64,000 nucleotides of DNA from an uncultured Gallionellaceae bacterium (GCA_903847155.1 CAINCU010000035.1:2008-66007); one strand, 5' to 3'. Counted from the stretch's first letter, positions 17,760 to 27,311 are shown. A program made the numbers and translations. The notes: a model not told the origin generated them from the sequence alone.

Positions 17760-18245
17760 ATGAAGCGGCACCTCATTTCAATGTTTACTGTCACTGTTCT
17801 TTGCGTGGCAGCAGTTCTGCCGGCTTGGGCAGAAGGGCGGCATGATGGGCGAGACGAAGGGCGTCGCGATTATCGTCACAATGCGCGCGGCTGGGTTGGT
17901 GAGAGAGATATTCGTCATTTTGAAAATCGCCACATTACTGTTTGGCGTGGCGGTAGCTGGCGGCATGGCGAGCATGAAGGCCGAGTAGGCTGGTGGTGGA
18001 TCGCCGCCGGAATGTGGTACTTCTATCCGCAGCCGGTCTATCCTTATCCCGACCCCTACATCCCGCCGGTGGTAGTTGTGCAACCTGCGCCTGCACCACA
18101 GCCCACCGCTCCCGTTGTGCAGCCACCGTCAGCACAAAACTGGTATTACTGCGTGGCCAGCAAGAGTTATTACCCCTATGTATCCAGTTGTCCGGCAGGT
18201 TGGAAAACAGTACCGGCAACGCCATCCGGCGTTCCGGCTAACTAG
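17760..18245 (+). CDS. Secreted hypothetical protein with a His/Arg-rich N-terminal part and a Pro-rich C-terminal part
   Basis: GGAGAA lies 6 nt upstream, and the signal peptide is MKRHLISMFTVTVLCVAAVLPAWA. The C-terminal motif is YYCVASKSYYPYVSSCPAGWKTVP. Confidence 0.6.
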   Translation: MKRHLISMFTVTVLCVAAVLPAWAEGRHDGRDEGRRDYRHNARGWVGERDIRHFENRHITVWRGGSWRHGEHEGRVGWWWIAAGMWYFYPQPVYPYPDPYIPPVVVVQPAPAPQPTAPVVQPPSAQNWYYCVASKSYYPYVSSCPAGWKTVPATPSGVPAN

Positions 18246-18268
18246 GCGGTAATTTGGTGAGGTCTATC

Positions 18269-18727
18269 ATGCGAAAAATACTTGCGTGCTGCGTATTTGC
18301 TAGCGTGCTCACCGGATGTGCGACCGCGCCTGACGGGCCGCGCATCGCGGTGATGCCTGCACCGGGCAAGCCCTTTGAAGTATTTGCGGCGGACGAAAAG
18401 GTTTGCCGCAATTACGCCGAACAATCCATCGGCCAGTCACGTAACGACGCGGCCACCAAGAATTTTGCCGGTGCTGCCGCTGTGGGAACAGCCATCGGTG
18501 CGGCTGCAGGCGCAATGGGTGGCGACCGTGGCGGTGCCGAAAGTGGTGCTGCTACCGGCCTTATTGTCGGCAGCATGGTAGGTGCGGGCGAAAGTACAAA
18601 TGCCACACAGGATGCGCAGCGGCGTTACGACATCGCCTATGAACAGTGCATGTATGCCAAAGGCAATCAGGTTCCCGGCTACTCGGCTCCACAGCAAATC
18701 TTTTATCCGCCACCACCTCCGCGCTGA
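18269..18727 (+). CDS. Glycine-zipper lipoprotein
   Basis: Lipobox MRKILACCVFASVLTGC and a Gly/Ala zipper (GAAAVGTAIGAAAGAMGG...GLIVGSMVGAG). Confidence 0.7.
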   Translation: MRKILACCVFASVLTGCATAPDGPRIAVMPAPGKPFEVFAADEKVCRNYAEQSIGQSRNDAATKNFAGAAAVGTAIGAAAGAMGGDRGGAESGAATGLIVGSMVGAGESTNATQDAQRRYDIAYEQCMYAKGNQVPGYSAPQQIFYPPPPPR

Positions 18728-18859
18728 TCGTTCAACATGGCCTTTACCAGTCAGCAAATTTGCGCAGCTATCTGTCTAAGTATGCGATCAATTTGGCACA
18801 TTCCTGCAGCTGGATCACAACCATCCCTCTTCCTTGTTTGACCAACTCAGGAAACGCTG

Positions 18860-19726
18860 ATGAAAACCCCGAAACGAATCGCACCACTGGTTGAAGATGG
18901 TCTCGTCAATGAGGTCATCCGCCAGTTGATGAGCGGCAAGGAAGCCACGGTATATGTGGTGCGCTGCGGCGACGAGGTGCGTTGCGCCAAGGTTTACAAA
19001 GAGGCGGACAAGCGCAGTTTCCGCCAGAGCACGGATTACACTGAAGGCCGCAAAGTGAAGAACAGCCGCCGTGCGCGCGCCATGGAAAAAGGCACAAACT
19101 ACGGACGCAAGGCGCAGGAGGAAGCCTGGCAAAACGCCGAGGTGGATGCCTTGTATCGCCTCGCCGCCGCCGGTGTGCGCGTGCCCAAGCCGTATAACTT
19201 CCACGAGGGCGTGCTGCTGATGGAGTTGTTGACCGACAGCGAAGGCAACGCCGCACCGCGCCTAAACGATATTGCGCTCAGCGCTGAAGTGGCGCGCGAA
19301 TATCACGCCATCCTCATTAAGCAAGTGGTGCGCATGTTGTGCGCTGGCATCATTCACGGCGACCTGTCCGAATACAACGTGCTGGTGGATAGCACAGGCC
19401 CGGTCATCATCGACCTGCCGCAAGCCATCAACGCTTCCGCCAACAATCAGGCGCACCAGTTGCTGCTGCGCGATGTGCAGAACCTCGCCACTTACTTCGG
19501 CCAGTTCGCACCCGAACTGCTGAGTACTGATTATGGCAACGAGATATGGTCGCTGTACCAGAGCAGCCAGCTGCACCCGGACAGCGTGCTCACCGGTCGC
19601 TTCGAGCGCGATGAAAAACCGGTTGACCTGAAAGTCGTCATGCGCGAGATCAGCGACACACTCAAGGATGAAGAAGCGCGGCAGATGGCGATTGCCATTC
19701 GGTTGAGCCGGGAGCGAGCGGGTTAG
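18860..19726 (+). CDS. RIO1-like (PA4780-family) serine protein kinase
   Basis: The motifs GKEATVY, the catalytic loop IHGDLSEYNVLV and IIDLPQA are typical of RIO kinases. Confidence 0.8.
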   Translation: MKTPKRIAPLVEDGLVNEVIRQLMSGKEATVYVVRCGDEVRCAKVYKEADKRSFRQSTDYTEGRKVKNSRRARAMEKGTNYGRKAQEEAWQNAEVDALYRLAAAGVRVPKPYNFHEGVLLMELLTDSEGNAAPRLNDIALSAEVAREYHAILIKQVVRMLCAGIIHGDLSEYNVLVDSTGPVIIDLPQAINASANNQAHQLLLRDVQNLATYFGQFAPELLSTDYGNEIWSLYQSSQLHPDSVLTGRFERDEKPVDLKVVMREISDTLKDEEARQMAIAIRLSRERAG

Positions 19727-19808
19727 GATTTGCGCGGATAGTCAACGCGCTTCTACAACGGTACATTGCATTCTTGGGAATTGTGAAGATCCATAAGCGG
19801 GGTGCACC

Positions 19809-20483
19809 ATGTTTACTAAAGCCACACTCAAATTTCTCGACGAACTGGCCACAAATAACAATCGCACATGGTTTGAGGAAAACAAGCCGCGCTATGAAGC
19901 GTTGGTACGCGAACCCGCGCTGGATTTTATCGAGGCTATGGATCCGCTATTGGCCAAGTTCGCCCCCAAGTTTCGTGCAGAGCCACGCAAGATTGGCGGC
20001 TCGTTGATGCGCGTGTTCCGCGACACGCGTTTCTCGCGCGACAAAACGCCGTACAAAACCAACATTGGCATCCAGTTCCGCCATCAAATGGGCAAGGATA
20101 TACATGCGCCCGGCTGGTATGTGCATATCGCCTCGGATGAATGTTTCCTCGCTGTAGGCTGCTGGCATCCAGAGTCCGATGCTTTGGGAAAAATTCGCGA
20201 TCACATCGCAGATAAAACCGAGAAATGGGTTTCGGTGCGCGACGATAAGAGTTTTGTCACCAAATGGAATCTGGTGGGCGACAGCCTCACGCGCCCGCCG
20301 CGCGGCTACATTGCCAATCATCCGGCGATAGAAGACCTGAAGCGCAAAGACTTCATCGCCATCGCACCCTTGTCTGTCAGCGATGTCACCGGTACCGACC
20401 TGGCAAAACTGGCCGGTAAACAATTTGCCGTCGCAACCCCATTCATGAAATTTCTGTGCGAAGCTTTGGAAGTCCCCTACTGA
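19809..20483 (+). CDS. DUF2461 (TIGR02453) family protein
   Basis: MFTKATLKFLDELATNNNRTWFEENKPRYE, FRDTRFSRDKTPYKT and GWYVHI are characteristic of the family. Confidence 0.8.
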   Translation: MFTKATLKFLDELATNNNRTWFEENKPRYEALVREPALDFIEAMDPLLAKFAPKFRAEPRKIGGSLMRVFRDTRFSRDKTPYKTNIGIQFRHQMGKDIHAPGWYVHIASDECFLAVGCWHPESDALGKIRDHIADKTEKWVSVRDDKSFVTKWNLVGDSLTRPPRGYIANHPAIEDLKRKDFIAIAPLSVSDVTGTDLAKLAGKQFAVATPFMKFLCEALEVPY

Positions 20484-20579
20484 AGCAACGTACAGGAGAG
20501 GTACCAACCGCAAGGCACTTGCACCGCACCTTGCCAGTTCGTATTACTATACAAATTCAACCACAAAAGGAGAATAACC

Positions 20580-20651
20580 ATGGCCAAAGGACAACAACGC
20601 AAAAACAAAGAAGTGAAGAAACCGAAGAAAAAGCCGACACCGGCAATTTGA
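20580..20651 (+). CDS. Candidate 23-aa lysine-rich small protein
   Basis: AAGGAGA lies 7 nt upstream of the ATG, and the product is MAKGQQRKNKEVKKPKKKPTPAI. A hairpin follows at about 20664-20699. Too short for confident calling. Confidence 0.35.
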   Translation: MAKGQQRKNKEVKKPKKKPTPAI

Positions 20652-20750
20652 TTTTCATTCATTTCTGGCCGACTGCTGTGACTGGCAGCAGCCGGCCAAA
20701 AGCAGACTTTGTATGCCAGTTAATAATTGTTCGATAGCTTGAGGGGTGTT

Positions 20751-21440
20751 ATGAAATATAGAATCATGGCAGTCACGATTGCGGCCTTTTTGTCCACAAC
20801 CTCTATTGCGATACCAAACACAGCGCCCACAACTCAGAATGACTGCCAAGCTGGCATCAATTCGGCAGAATCAGAAAACTGTCTTGTCGCAATTAATCAG
20901 CTTACAAATTGTCTGGCCGTAAAATTACCGGCGACTGCACGTGCATTGGTTCTCCAAGCGAGAGCACAGTGTTACTCAAGCCTCAAACAGCCTGAGCTCG
21001 CTATCAAGGATCAAAAGACATCTTTGGAAATTGAGCCCCCAAAAAATGTTTGGCCACTTGTAATGCTTGGCGCTTATTACAGAGAGCTAAAACAGTACGA
21101 CTTATCTCTGGCTGCTTTAAAGGAAGCGCTAAAGTACGACGAAGATGGCCCTGGCACCGGGCCTGGCATGGCGGTCTACTACCATACAGGCAAAACACTT
21201 CACGCTGCCGGGCGTTACGCAGAAGCAATTGACGCCTATACTCTTGGCATCCCTAAGCAGCCCGATTACGCTTTTGCTCTTTACCGTCGCGCACTTTCCT
21301 TCGAGGCTCTTGGAAACAGAGTACAGGCAAAGCAAGATCTCGTTCGGGCGGCCGAATTGGAACCGAAAGAAGGCTATGAGGAAGACATCAAGGCCAAGTT
21401 TGTTGAATATGGCATCTCAGTCAAAGGCAATAAACATTAA
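20751..21440 (+). CDS. Secreted TPR-repeat protein
   Basis: An N-terminal hydrophobic signal and TPR-like helical repeats (AYYRELKQYDLSLAALKEALKYD, GRYAEAIDAYTLGI, YRRALSFEALGNRVQAKQDLVRAAELEP). AT-richer sequence. Confidence 0.65.
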   Translation: MKYRIMAVTIAAFLSTTSIAIPNTAPTTQNDCQAGINSAESENCLVAINQLTNCLAVKLPATARALVLQARAQCYSSLKQPELAIKDQKTSLEIEPPKNVWPLVMLGAYYRELKQYDLSLAALKEALKYDEDGPGTGPGMAVYYHTGKTLHAAGRYAEAIDAYTLGIPKQPDYAFALYRRALSFEALGNRVQAKQDLVRAAELEPKEGYEEDIKAKFVEYGISVKGNKH

Positions 21441-21620
21441 TAAGTTGCTTGCGATTCGAGAGCACTTCCTCTCCTTGTTGAATGGCAGTTTTTGCGAAGC
21501 TGTCATGACTGCAAAGGGTTACGAACTTCATATCGTGAACGGCTGGTATAAACCCGCAAGCGCAGCACTCTTGCGTGTTCCCAATTGATTACTTTCAAGC
21601 TGTCAACACAGGAGCAGATA

Positions 21621-22187
21621 ATGACCGTTCGAAGTTTTAGTAGTGTACCTCTGTTACTAGCGATCATATTGCTACCCGCTTGTTCGACTCCTCCTCTGCG
21701 TATTCAGTCCGGTGACGTCCCATCTGGATCGTTGCGCGTTGCGCAAGTGGTTGCGACTGCTAAACGCGAAGATATTATCCAATCCAAGGACGAATACAAG
21801 GCGATCATCGCTACCGGTGTGGCTGACTCTGATCTGCAAAACGGGAGTGTTGTTGCGGCACGAATTTACTGTTGTGGAGGTATTAGTAAGACGCTTAGTT
21901 CAGAGTATGCCAACAGAATATTTCTGTATGTACCGAGAAGCTTGGAAGCAGCGGTGGGAGATTTTGTAGAGGTCAGGGTCGGGCACCCTCCCAAACAGGA
22001 CGACGGTGGAAGCATTAACACCGTCACGCGGGTAGTTGCCCGCATCGGTGACAAACCGGAAAGTTGCTGGTGGGAGCCCAGAGATCCCAAACTTTGGCTA
22101 AGGTATCCATATTGTGAATGGATGCCAAAAGAAGGCTGGATCAAACAAGAAGGACTTTATCCGGCGTGGTTCAAGCCCGCTTATTGA
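21621..22187 (+). CDS. Hypothetical lipoprotein
   Basis: AGGAG upstream and lipobox LLAIILLPAC. No family recognised. Confidence 0.55.
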   Translation: MTVRSFSSVPLLLAIILLPACSTPPLRIQSGDVPSGSLRVAQVVATAKREDIIQSKDEYKAIIATGVADSDLQNGSVVAARIYCCGGISKTLSSEYANRIFLYVPRSLEAAVGDFVEVRVGHPPKQDDGGSINTVTRVVARIGDKPESCWWEPRDPKLWLRYPYCEWMPKEGWIKQEGLYPAWFKPAY

Positions 22188-22485
22188 CTCCTAACTTGAC
22201 GTTCAAGAAGTACGTGCTAAGCGCATTCCTTAATTTAACCTTGAATATCCGCTATCGGAAAAACGGAGGTTCCGCTTGAGACGCATACCGGCCAAAAGCA
22301 GATTCACATGGTTGCCCTCTTTGCGGCGAACGATTTTGTAAAATGCAGTTCAGTTGCGTCCTAGTTGCGGACATTTAATAATACTTTTGTTTTCACTCTA
22401 GATAGCCGCTAACGTTTGAATTGAGCATTCAATTGGTCAATTAACTTATCTGAATAGCACGTAATAATTAAGGGGATATCTTGAT

Positions 22486-23166
22486 ATGAAATTGGGAATG
22501 CTGTTTGCAATATTGGCGCTGCAGGTATTGTTCTTTTCTGGGTGCGCTACTTCAAAATCGTATCAAATTTCCCCGGACTTTAGCAGCCGGTCTGGCGAAC
22601 CGAGAAGGGTCGGAATTGTCTTTGACGTCCATATCTACACGCAAAACGGAGAAGACTCTAAAAGATCTGAACAGAGTCTGAAATACTTTGAGGAAGCTTC
22701 TGTACGAGAACTCACTAACAACGGTTATGCAGTTACCGTACTCCCATTTAGCGACGATTTGCGCATGCTATTAGCACAGTACAAACACACGCGCGGTGTT
22801 ATGGTTAGGCCGTTTTCTGACAATCAAGGGAAAGTTGATGGTCTTGCGCCGCTGACAGGAATGGTTCCTGTATTGGGAAAAGAAGATATTGACGGCATCG
22901 TCATCGTTAACGGGATTGATCACCTTCCAACTAGCACGGCAGTTGTCGGTGGACTCGCTCTTTCTGCGCTAACAGGAGTCTATTGGGGGGCTAATGCTAT
23001 AGCCTATGCTGATTTTGCCCTGCTCGATAAGGCAGGGAGAATAGTATTTTATGATAGCAGGCACGGCGAAAATTATAATCTTACCAACGAGGAGAGCGTT
23101 TTCAAGGTCTCATCTGAGCTTGCAAGTGATTTGAATATTGCTCGACAGCCCAATAGAGTGCAGTAG
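22486..23166 (+). CDS. Hypothetical lipoprotein
   Basis: AAGGGGA upstream and lipobox QVLFFSGC. No family recognised. AT-richer sequence. Confidence 0.55.
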   Translation: MKLGMLFAILALQVLFFSGCATSKSYQISPDFSSRSGEPRRVGIVFDVHIYTQNGEDSKRSEQSLKYFEEASVRELTNNGYAVTVLPFSDDLRMLLAQYKHTRGVMVRPFSDNQGKVDGLAPLTGMVPVLGKEDIDGIVIVNGIDHLPTSTAVVGGLALSALTGVYWGANAIAYADFALLDKAGRIVFYDSRHGENYNLTNEESVFKVSSELASDLNIARQPNRVQ

Positions 23167-23441
23167 TAGGGGGGCGTATCACTTTTTAATTATAAATTAG
23201 GAAGCGAAAAGTTTATTGAATGTCCGATTCTCCAATCGGCCCAAAGTCTCCTCTGGGCACGGTGCAGAAATCGATCTACGGCTGCTTTGGGGAAGCAAAT
23301 TCACAAGGCTGGCTGGCTGAATTGGGTTAATACCCGCCGCACACTAATACGCTAAAACGTAATCAGTATCGCATTTGCTTTCATACCCGCACCACCAGCG
23401 CAACGCAAGTGACTTCAATAAATAGACAACTGCGATGTCCT

Positions 23442-23470
23442 GAAGATGCCCGTCAATAGGCAATCTCCAT
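23442..23470 (+). repeat. REP-like core copy immediately 3' of relA
   Basis: gaagatgcccgtcaataggcaatctccat. Confidence 0.75.
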
Positions 23471-23500
23471 CATGTGCCTGATGGCTTGGCATCTCGCTAG

Positions 23501-25462
23501 TCAGTCGTCCTTCACCGCCCAACGCGCTTCCAGCAACCGATCTTCCCTTTCCTCCGGTACGCGCTGCATGAACGGGCAGTCGCGGCGGTGGAGGGTGATG
23601 CCATGATCGCGGGTGACGTAGCCGATGATGGGATCGGGCCGGGTCGGGGTGCAGCATTTGGCGGTACGTATCATTAGGTTGTCCACGCCTTCGATCAGCA
23701 CTTTGCCGTTCGGGGTTTGCACGGTTTGCGAGTTGCTGCGCGGCGCGGCGGCGGGGGTTTCCTGCACGATGGCGAGGCTGACGCGGCGTGAGGTGATATC
23801 GCCGCGTCCGAGTGCAGTGAGCAGGTCGTCCAGTTTGTTGTAGTGCAGTTTCTGCGCGAGCTTTTCCTGATTGATGTCGGTCACGCCGACGCGGTGCAGT
23901 TCGCGGTCGAGCAGCGTGCGGCCCTGTGCGATGCTGTCGTCGAGGTTTTGTTCGGAGAACCAGTGGCGCACCTTGGCGCGGGCGCGCGCGCTTTGCAGGA
24001 AGCCCAACTTCGGGCTGAGCCAGTCGCGGCTCGGCCCGCCCTGTTTGGTAGAGAGGATTTCCACGCGCTGACCGGTTTGCAGTTTGGTGTTGAGCGGCAC
24101 GATGCTGCCGTCCAGTTTTGCGCCGCGCGTGCGGTGGCCGAGGTCGGTATGCACCACGTAGGCGAAGTCCACCGGCGTCGCACCTTTGGGCAGGTCGATT
24201 ACCTTGCCTTGCGGAGTCAGCACGTACACGCGGTCTTGCAGCAACTGGTTCTTGAATTGCGCTTGCAATTCGCTGCTGTCGGCCAGTTCTTCCTTCCATG
24301 CCAGAATCTGGCGCAACCATGCGATCTTGTCGTCCACACCGCTGTCGGATTTTTTGTTTTCCTTGTAGCGCCAGTGTGCGGCCACGCCCAGCTCGGAATC
24401 GTGATGCATCTGCTTGGTACGTATCTGCACTTCCACCGACAGCCCGCGCGGTCCGATCACGGCAGTGTGCAGCGAGCGGTAGCCGTTGGGCTTGGGACGC
24501 GCGACGTAGTCGTCGAATTCCTTCTGGATTGGGTGCCACAATTCATGCACGATGGACAGCGCCGCGTAGCATTGCTCCAGATCGTCAACCAGCACGCGCA
24601 CCGCACGCACGTCGTACAACTGGTCGAAGCCCAACTGCTTGCGCTTCATCTTGTTGATGATGCTGTAGATGTGTTTCGGGCGGCCGGTAACTTCGCCTTC
24701 GATGCCCACTTTTGCCAGTGCCTTGCGCAGATGATCAAGCACGTCGCTGATGTATTGCTCTCTATCCACGCGGCGCTCGTCGAGCAGCTTGGCCACTTGC
24801 TTGTACAGCACCGGTTCCAGGTAACGCACCGACAAATCTTCCATCTCCCACTTGATCTGCCACACGCCGAGACGGTTGGCCAGCGGCGCGAAGATGCTTT
24901 GCGTTTCCTGCGCGATCTGCTTTTGTTGCTCGGGTGTCGCGCCGGATAGAGTGCGCAACGTCTGCGTGCGTTCGGCCAGTTTGATCAGCACCACGCGGAT
25001 GTCTTCTACCATTGCCAGCAGCATCTTGCGCAGGCTTTCGATCTGCTGTGCGGACTCTTCCTTGTCCTTGCCGACGGCGCGTATTTCGCTGAACTGGCGG
25101 ATGTGTTCCATGCGCGAGATGCCATCGACCATGCCGGTCACGTTGCGCCCGAAGCGCTTGCTCAGCACCTCGTTCCAATCGTCCAGAAAATTCGGCACGG
25201 CATGCAGCGCCGTGGCGGCGATGGTCTCGTGATCCATGTGCAGGCCGATGAGGATTGAAGCCGAGCCAAGCGCGTGTTGTAACAGCGGCGTGCCGGTGAT
25301 CTCGACCTGATCGTGATACAGCGGCGCAGCGAATTCGCACGCCTGACGGATCACCTCGATTTCGGCGGGCGCAAACACCCCGGACAGCGCTGCCAGCCAG
25401 TTCTGGATGTCAGCGCTGTCTTGCCCGGCGAGCGGGGGAAATTGATGTTGGACGGAGACCAT
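23501..25462 (-). CDS. relA: RelA-type GTP pyrophosphokinase ((p)ppGpp synthetase I), apparently lacking the C-terminal ACT/RRM domain
   Basis: 653 aa with a degenerate HD region (ATALHAV rather than HD), the synthetase domain (YRSLHTAVIGP), a TGS domain (VYVLTPQGKVIDLPKGATPVDFAY) and a Cys-rich zinc-finger domain (RTAKCCTPTRPDPIIGYVTRDHGITLHRRDC). The protein ends at ARWAVKDD. Confidence 0.9.
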   Translation of the reverse strand: MVSVQHQFPPLAGQDSADIQNWLAALSGVFAPAEIEVIRQACEFAAPLYHDQVEITGTPLLQHALGSASILIGLHMDHETIAATALHAVPNFLDDWNEVLSKRFGRNVTGMVDGISRMEHIRQFSEIRAVGKDKEESAQQIESLRKMLLAMVEDIRVVLIKLAERTQTLRTLSGATPEQQKQIAQETQSIFAPLANRLGVWQIKWEMEDLSVRYLEPVLYKQVAKLLDERRVDREQYISDVLDHLRKALAKVGIEGEVTGRPKHIYSIINKMKRKQLGFDQLYDVRAVRVLVDDLEQCYAALSIVHELWHPIQKEFDDYVARPKPNGYRSLHTAVIGPRGLSVEVQIRTKQMHHDSELGVAAHWRYKENKKSDSGVDDKIAWLRQILAWKEELADSSELQAQFKNQLLQDRVYVLTPQGKVIDLPKGATPVDFAYVVHTDLGHRTRGAKLDGSIVPLNTKLQTGQRVEILSTKQGGPSRDWLSPKLGFLQSARARAKVRHWFSEQNLDDSIAQGRTLLDRELHRVGVTDINQEKLAQKLHYNKLDDLLTALGRGDITSRRVSLAIVQETPAAAPRSNSQTVQTPNGKVLIEGVDNLMIRTAKCCTPTRPDPIIGYVTRDHGITLHRRDCPFMQRVPEEREDRLLEARWAVKDD

Positions 25463-25471
25463 GGGTTAATA

Positions 25472-25503
25472 ACTCCCTACTCCCGCAGGCGGGAGTAGGG
25501 AGT
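25472..25503 (-). terminator. 15-bp perfect stem-loop between trpD and relA
   Basis: actccctactcccgc-ag-gcgggagtagggagt. On the minus strand it is followed by TTATT. The 3' arm (GGGAG) lies 9-13 nt upstream of the relA ATG. Confidence 0.5.
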
Positions 25504-25542
25504 TTGACTGAAGTGTGCGAACAAAGATTGGCACTTGAAGCA

Positions 25543-26562
25543 TCAAGCATTGCTGGTCTGAATCAACTGCGCCAGCTTGTTCTTCGCCGCGCCGCTGGTG
25601 ATGATCTCGTCGGCTTTCTTCACGCCGTGTGCTAGCGTGTCGGCGAGTCCCGCCACATAGATCGCCGCGCCTGCATTGAGCAGCACGATGTCGCGCGCCG
25701 CACCGGGTTGATTGTCCAACACGCCGAGTAGCATGGCTTTGGCTTCTGCCGCATTGGTGACTTTGATCGCATCCAGCGGTGTCGATTTCAAACCGAACTC
25801 TTCCGGCGTGATGGTGTACTCCTTCACTTGTCCGTCCTTAAGTTCGGCGACGTAGGTGGGACCGCTAATAGTGATCTCGTCCAGACCGTCGCTACCGTTC
25901 ACCACCAATACATGGCGGCTGCCGAGCCGCTGCAACACGCGCGCCTGGATACCAACGAGGTCGGGATGGAACACGCCCATCACTTGATTCTCTGCGCCTG
26001 CCGGGTTGATCAGCGGCCCCAGCACGTTGAACATGGTGCGCACGCCCAGTTCTTTGCGCACCGGTGCAGCGTATTTCATTGCGCCGTGGAAATTGGGGGC
26101 GAACATGAAGCCGATGCCTATCAGGTCGATGCTGTGTCCCACTTGCTGCGGTGTCAGGTTGAGGTTCACGCCCAGCGCTTCCAGCACGTCCGCCGAGCCG
26201 CAGGTGGATGACACCGAGCGCCCGCCATGCTTGGCCACGCGCGCGCCAGCAGCCGACGCCACGAAGGCGCTGGCGGTGGAGATGTTGAAGGTGTGCGCTG
26301 CATCACCGCCGGTGCCGCAGGTATCCACCAGATGGTCGCGTTGCGTCAACGGAACCTTGGTGGCGAATTCTCGCATCACGAAAGCGGCGGCGGAAATTTC
26401 GCCTATGGTTTCTTTTTTCACGCGCAGTCCGACCAGCAGCGCCGCGATCATGGTGGGCGAGACCTCGCCGCTCATGATCTTGCGCATCAGCGACAGCATC
26501 TCATCGTAAAAGATCTCGCGTTGTTCGATCAGGCGTACCAATGCTTGTTGCGGTGTAATCAT
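25543..26562 (-). CDS. trpD: Anthranilate phosphoribosyltransferase
   Basis: 339 aa from [11 protein letters not shown], with the motifs [17 protein letters not shown] and NVLGPLINP. Confidence 0.95.
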   Translation of the reverse strand: MITPQQALVRLIEQREIFYDEMLSLMRKIMSGEVSPTMIAALLVGLRVKKETIGEISAAAFVMREFATKVPLTQRDHLVDTCGTGGDAAHTFNISTASAFVASAAGARVAKHGGRSVSSTCGSADVLEALGVNLNLTPQQVGHSIDLIGIGFMFAPNFHGAMKYAAPVRKELGVRTMFNVLGPLINPAGAENQVMGVFHPDLVGIQARVLQRLGSRHVLVVNGSDGLDEITISGPTYVAELKDGQVKEYTITPEEFGLKSTPLDAIKVTNAAEAKAMLLGVLDNQPGAARDIVLLNAGAAIYVAGLADTLAHGVKKADEIITSGAAKNKLAQLIQTSNA

Positions 26563-26564
26563 GG

Positions 26565-27134
26565 CTATTTTTTTCCTTCCAGAAAATTCTTCAGCATGTC
26601 GTGTCCGTACTCGGTGAGGATGGACTCGGGATGGAACTGCACGCCATGCACCGCCATCGTCTTGTGGCGTACGCCCATGATTTCGCCGTCTTCGGTCCAC
26701 GCGGTAATTTCCAGACAATCCGGCAGCGTCTCGCGCTCGATCACCAGCGAATGGTAGCGCGTGGCGGTAAACGGGTTGGGCAGGCCGGTAAACACGCTAT
26801 TGCTGTGGTGATGGATCTGCGAAGTTTTGCCGTGCATCAGCGTCTTGGCGTGGATGATCTTGCCGCCGAACGCCTGGCCTATGCTCTGGTGGCCGAGGCA
26901 TACGCCGAGCAGCGGAATTCTGCCTGCAAAATGCTTGATTGCGGCCACCGAGATACCCGCTTCGTTTGGTGTGCAGGGGCCGGGCGAGACCACGAGTTGT
27001 TGCGGATTCAGTTTTTCAATCTGCTCCACGGTAATCTCGTCGTTGCGGTGAACCACCACGTCCGCCCCGAGTTCGGCGAAATATTGCACCAGGTTATAGG
27101 TGAAAGAGTCGTAATTGTCGATCATCAACAGCAT
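26565..27134 (-). CDS. trpG: Anthranilate synthase component II / aminodeoxychorismate synthase glutamine amidotransferase
   Basis: 189 aa with [18 protein letters not shown], the catalytic GVCLGHQ motif and the HPES motif. Confidence 0.9.
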   Translation of the reverse strand: MLLMIDNYDSFTYNLVQYFAELGADVVVHRNDEITVEQIEKLNPQQLVVSPGPCTPNEAGISVAAIKHFAGRIPLLGVCLGHQSIGQAFGGKIIHAKTLMHGKTSQIHHHSNSVFTGLPNPFTATRYHSLVIERETLPDCLEITAWTEDGEIMGVRHKTMAVHGVQFHPESILTEYGHDMLKNFLEGKK

Positions 27135-27311
27135 GTTGTATTCCTATTCTAGCTATGTGGTTAATAGCAAGCAGAGTTTTGCCTTTGCTGGCAAAATGGC
27201 GGAAACAAAATCATAAATCCGGTCAGGGAGTGATTCTCTCCTAAAACCGGACTCAGGCAAACCGCTGTGTTGCATCAGACGGTCGATTGGGAAATAGGCG
27301 GAGCGTGAAAG

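Noticed and set aside
23415-24539. A 374-aa Arg/Pro/Ala-rich ORF on the minus strand, and the 368-aa plus-strand ORF at 23843..24949
   Set aside because: These are an alternative frame and an antisense frame of relA. Their extreme Arg/Ala bias marks them as frame artefacts.
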